Below, piece after piece: positions 59,903-64,000 of a stretch of DNA of 64,000 nt. The number at the start of each line of letters is the position of its first letter. The stretch's first letter is position 1. Origin of the DNA: Yuukianura sp. NJ FZ-2021. Its lineage: Eukaryota. The stretch spans positions 5,022,001-5,086,000 of the forward strand of contig CM102285.1 in NCBI GenBank assembly GCA_046563655.1, written 5' to 3'. Under the pieces are notes generated by a model. It was not told the DNA's origin. It did no database searches and saw nothing but the letters and a program-made list of their open reading frames with translations. The translations under genes and the position numbers were made by a program.

Positions 59903-62834
59903 ATGGAGACCAAAATCATTTTATCCATAGTTTTGGCTGTTAACTTTGTTTATGGGAAAGACGACAAGACTACTTTCATTGAACTTATTAATGTGGATTC
60001 GTATTTGGGCGGTAGTTGGGCGACCTGCTACAATCACGTGATCATGCACTCGAGTTACACTAATATCTACAGCTCATACGCACTAACAATAAGTCAATCC
60101 GGCAAAATGTTGATACCGAGACACTTTGAAAACAGTTCCTGTGCCGTTGTAAATAGGCGACAAGATGTAATTGAAACAATGGGTCCCTCATTTTGTGCAC
60201 CAGACAACCCTCACTATAAAACAAAAACCATCAGGTGCATTGGCGTCACTTCTGTTTTTCCGCAGCACATCGAGGATGAAATTCAAATTTTCGCATACCT
60301 GCACTCATATTGGATTCGCCCTTCGTTTTACACAAAACAGGGAAGAAATTTTTCACCTATTAGACGCGTGAACTTTGATGTGTCGGTGGCATACCTCACA
60401 CAAAATATCCGCCTGCAATCACTAACCGACTCGTGTATGTTCAATTCTGCTAAGGAGCGCACTCACCTTGGTGCCGTGATAAGAGATAAGTACAACATGC
60501 ATGCGAGTCAGATCCTTGTGAGTGTAATCTACATCACATGTGGGATACGAGCTACAGCTGGCAAATTTGAAGTGATTGCTGAAGTTCCTGGATTTGATAT
60601 ATTGATCTCTTATGGTTTCAATGTCACGTCGCTACCAATGTCCATTAACTTCCACTGTCTTGAAAAGCAAGCCTTCAAATCCATACCGAGGAAGTTATTG
60701 TATAGTACGCAAGAAGAACCATTTATACTAAAATTGATGATCACAACATTGGAAGAATTCCTTCTTGCTCCACCCAACCAAAGTTCCAGTTATGCAAATG
60801 CGGGTAACATTGCTTTAAAATGTGTATTAACAAGCTACCTTATGCTTCCGTATGATTTGTTCAGAAGTTAAACTGATCAGAAGAACAAGGTCAGAAAACA
60901 AAGGAACCAAAGCAAACCTATACTGACGATGAGTTCTTATGAATTGTACCCGTTTTGATTTCTGATCATATGTGACTTATGACGAAATATGATTAGTGAA
61001 AACAAACGTGTCCCCACTACAAGACAGCGAGCAACAGTATTTTTTATGTCGAATTTCTTAACAGAAAAGTCGTTTAGCATGTTATATGACATAATGTGTG
61101 CGTTTTCTGTTGAGGAATTTGACATAGAAAATATTGTTGTTCGTTGTTTTGTAGTGGGGACACGCATTCGAACGCAGTTGGGGGTATATTTTTTTGGCGT
61201 TGGCAACCGAAACTACTGGAGAAAACTTTCTTTTAACATATAGAATACGACTGTAATTTTTAATTCAAAATTTCGAAATACGGTCGAAGTACTTGGGTAC
61301 CCTCGTTAGTTGGGTACATATAGCACAGTTACAGAGTGTGGATTACGATAAGACTGGTGTGCAAATGTTTGTTTCAGGTACAATAGGCGTACGTTTCGAA
61401 CTGTTTTCAAGCGGAAATTACATTGCTGAACCGTGGGCGTTGCCGATTGCACCGGTTCACTTGTATGGGTTCACATGCTATCAAGAAGGTCTACGCTTTG
61501 GATTCGAAGACTACACCCGCCCATTTGTTAGCGGAACATGGCTCATCCTTTGTATTTCTTTCGTATCTGTTTGTATATTTTTCTTTGCTTGCCCTAACTA
61601 TAGAGCTGCATCATATAAAGTTCCGCTGTTTATTTACGCAACGTTGTTGGAAGTCGGCTTATCATTGGCCAATATTCCAGGCATACGGGGTATGGGGATA
61701 AAAGCATTTAGCATAACATTTCTGTTGATGGCTCTCGTGCTCACAAATGGTTACAAAGGGATTGTAACAACGTCACTTGCACTGCCATTTCCAGAATATG
61801 AGTTGGATTCGATTGAAGAAGCGTTAACTCGCAACTACACGTTTATCGACGTAGCCGACAACCTCCTCATGTACCGGAAATGTTGTGATCTCCCAAATGG
61901 ATTACAAACAATCCTCCGCGCAGGTGATGCAGAATTGGTAGAAGGAGTACAAACATGCGCAGAATACGTAACTGTACATGCGCAATTTTTGTGGTTATTG
62001 AAATTTAAGCATTACATGACGCGAGTATATCGTAGCGAGCACCATTCATTGGCTTCTCTATTGCGTGTATGGTTGGAAACAATCAAACAATCCGACCACT
62101 CTAAACCCATTATATTCACATTTCTCGAGAATCTAAGAATCTTGCCGTGTAATGTCGGTTATGAAGAAAATGCTATACAATGTAAGAAGGAATTCGGAAT
62201 CCAAACAACCATCACGAGTATTCCTAACGCCAAAAACTTCTACGAATATAAAGCGGAAGCGCTGTATGGAAGAAACGTGTCCAGAAAATTATATTATTTT
62301 TTGGACAAAACAGTGTTTGCAGATGATTTAGTTGTTGGTTTCTATCCAATCACAGGCCCACTGCTTAAGGGAGAAACCAAGTTACTACCGAGTTTGCGGC
62401 GGCTCGGAGAATCTGGTATAATGATGAGTCGCTATAGGGTTTTTACGTATTGGGTTCACAGAAAAGACGCTAGATTGGCTCTATCCTCTACCAACGAAGT
62501 AATTGGGGGACCGCAAAAACTGAGCATGGGATCGCGTATATTGTTTGTCTTCATCCTACTGCCTTCTGGATGTCTGTTGGCACTTTGTTTTGCACTAGTC
62601 GAGGCAGTTCTTCTCCCTAAGTACATTCAAATTAGAACTCTTGTAAACGCTAAGCTGATGCATATGAAGCATAAACGTCATCTCGGCCTACCTGTTGTTG
62701 CACATCTTCTACTACGTACACCGTGGGTTGAGCTTCCCACGGTCAACGTTGACGCAGAATCATCGAATTCAGTCAAACACAGATCAGAACTTAACAAGGA
62801 ACCTATTCCTCTGCTAACTATTCTATGTGTATGA
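59903..62834 (+). pseudogene. Divergent ionotropic-receptor-like membrane protein gene, disrupted
   Basis: Signal-peptide ORF 59903-60871. ORF 61293-62834 has FTCY...YTRPF..TW (pre-M1), LMALVLTNGYKGIVTTSL (M3-like) and a C-terminal TM. The ORFs are separated by stops and a MITE. Confidence 0.65.
60949..61297. mobile_element. TA-flanked MITE inserted in the IR-like coding region
   Basis: TA|CCC...GGG|TA termini and internal inverted arms CGTGTCCCCACTACAA / TTGTAGTGGGGACACG. Confidence 0.65.
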
Positions 62835-62894
62835 TATGATAACATATGATACGATATTATAACTTCTATGATAACTTATTCCTGTGTAAACGTA

Positions 62895-63054
62895 CAGTGG
62901 GTCCAGCCAAAAGTGAACACTTATAGCTATATATAGTACAGGATGGGCCCAGACGACTTTATCCAAGTGAAGGAAAGAGAAACTCTCACATGAGTTGCAA
63001 ATGAGAAGAGTGAGAGGAAAAGAAAGAGGGTAAACTCTTCTGGGGCCCACACTG
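62895..63054. mobile_element. Short Tc1/mariner-type MITE
   Basis: TA|CAGTGGGTCC ... GGGCCCACACTG|TA. Confidence 0.5.
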
Positions 63055-64000
63055 TATAAGAAACTTATTTAAGTCTAGTGCAGGCTACTCATTAGTTTGA
63101 CCTTGTCTGTCTGGCTAGCCGGTCTAGTACGGCTGGAGTAGCTACAATGATGGTTAGGTTAGGCTAATGCGTCTGTGTAAGCATCACGAACGTAGCGAAA
63201 ACTACATTATTCAAAATAATTTCATTCTACCAAAGAAAAAATTTTGACAATTTTCATTGCAAAAAATTAGACACCATGCACATTGCGTAACATAACCTAC
63301 CCGTTTGTTGGCGACTTTTTTTGTTATAAATACGAGCCTGATCACTATTTCCGTTGTCTGACTTTACGGTAACACGTCTAAATTGATATAAAATAAGGTT
63401 AATGTATTACCCAAAATGTTTATTTAGCAATTAAAAATCAAAAGGAGGATATAATATTCGCTGTCTGCAAGTTTATTCAATTAAAACAAAAGTTCATCGA
63501 TTCATTGATCGATTAAATCAAATGTTAAATAAACTCAATGTACTTGTAACATTACTGATTCATTTTCTTTAGCATCAAATCTTGTTTAATTTCACTTTTG
63601 TTATGCTAACTTTGAGAGCTTTTTCGCCAATTTTTCGTGTAATCAACTAGCAGCTGAGGTTCCAAGTCTAACTTGTAGTACTTTGCATCCTGTGTCGTAT
63701 AGCGTTCCCAAGTTCGAACATTCGTTTCCAGGAGTTGGGTTCCTGTACACGTCGAATCAACAGAAATTTTTAAAACAAAAAATTAACTTTTTTTGAAAAG
63801 CTACAAGCTTTGGGAATTCAATGATCGCAAACATACGAAGTTTTGGCAAAGTCGATCCACATTTTGCACACCATGTTTGAAAACTGGCGGTCTTCTCCAC
63901 TAATTACAAACGGTAGGGTCCAAAAGTACATTAGGTCATCCCCGTGCGTTACGCCTGTGAGTTTTTATATACAAAAACATTAACTCTATTTCGATACATA

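Overview
Eukaryotic, AT-rich, intron-containing animal DNA. It is probably arthropod; the divergent F-box and ionotropic-receptor-like genes and scattered TTAGG runs suggest a springtail-like genome (inference only). Left half: RFWD3 (minus) head-to-head with a 9-exon BAP1/calypso deubiquitinase (plus). The BAP1 introns are packed with DNA transposons: a DD41D mariner-like element, pogo, hAT and Harbinger-like MITEs, and Helentron-associated HINE-like repeats abutting a ~322-bp satellite. The middle (~30-45 kb) is a degraded minus-strand Ty3/gypsy-like composite. In minus-strand order it reads integrase fragment, LTR-like block, PBS, tandem-repeat leader carrying a 2.1-kb Polinton-like insertion, and gag. 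Unusual intronless cargo follows gag: a matrix metalloprotease, a catalytically eroded DEDD exonuclease-like ORF interrupted by (TTAGG)5, an orphan ORF and a possible class III viral fusogen. Right part: a C2H2 zinc-finger gene, an F-box gene, a Roadblock/LC7 fragment, an F-box::Tc1-transposase in-frame chimera at an inversion, a BTB pseudogene and a MITE-disrupted ionotropic-receptor-like gene. All family assignments come from motif recognition by eye, with no database searches.
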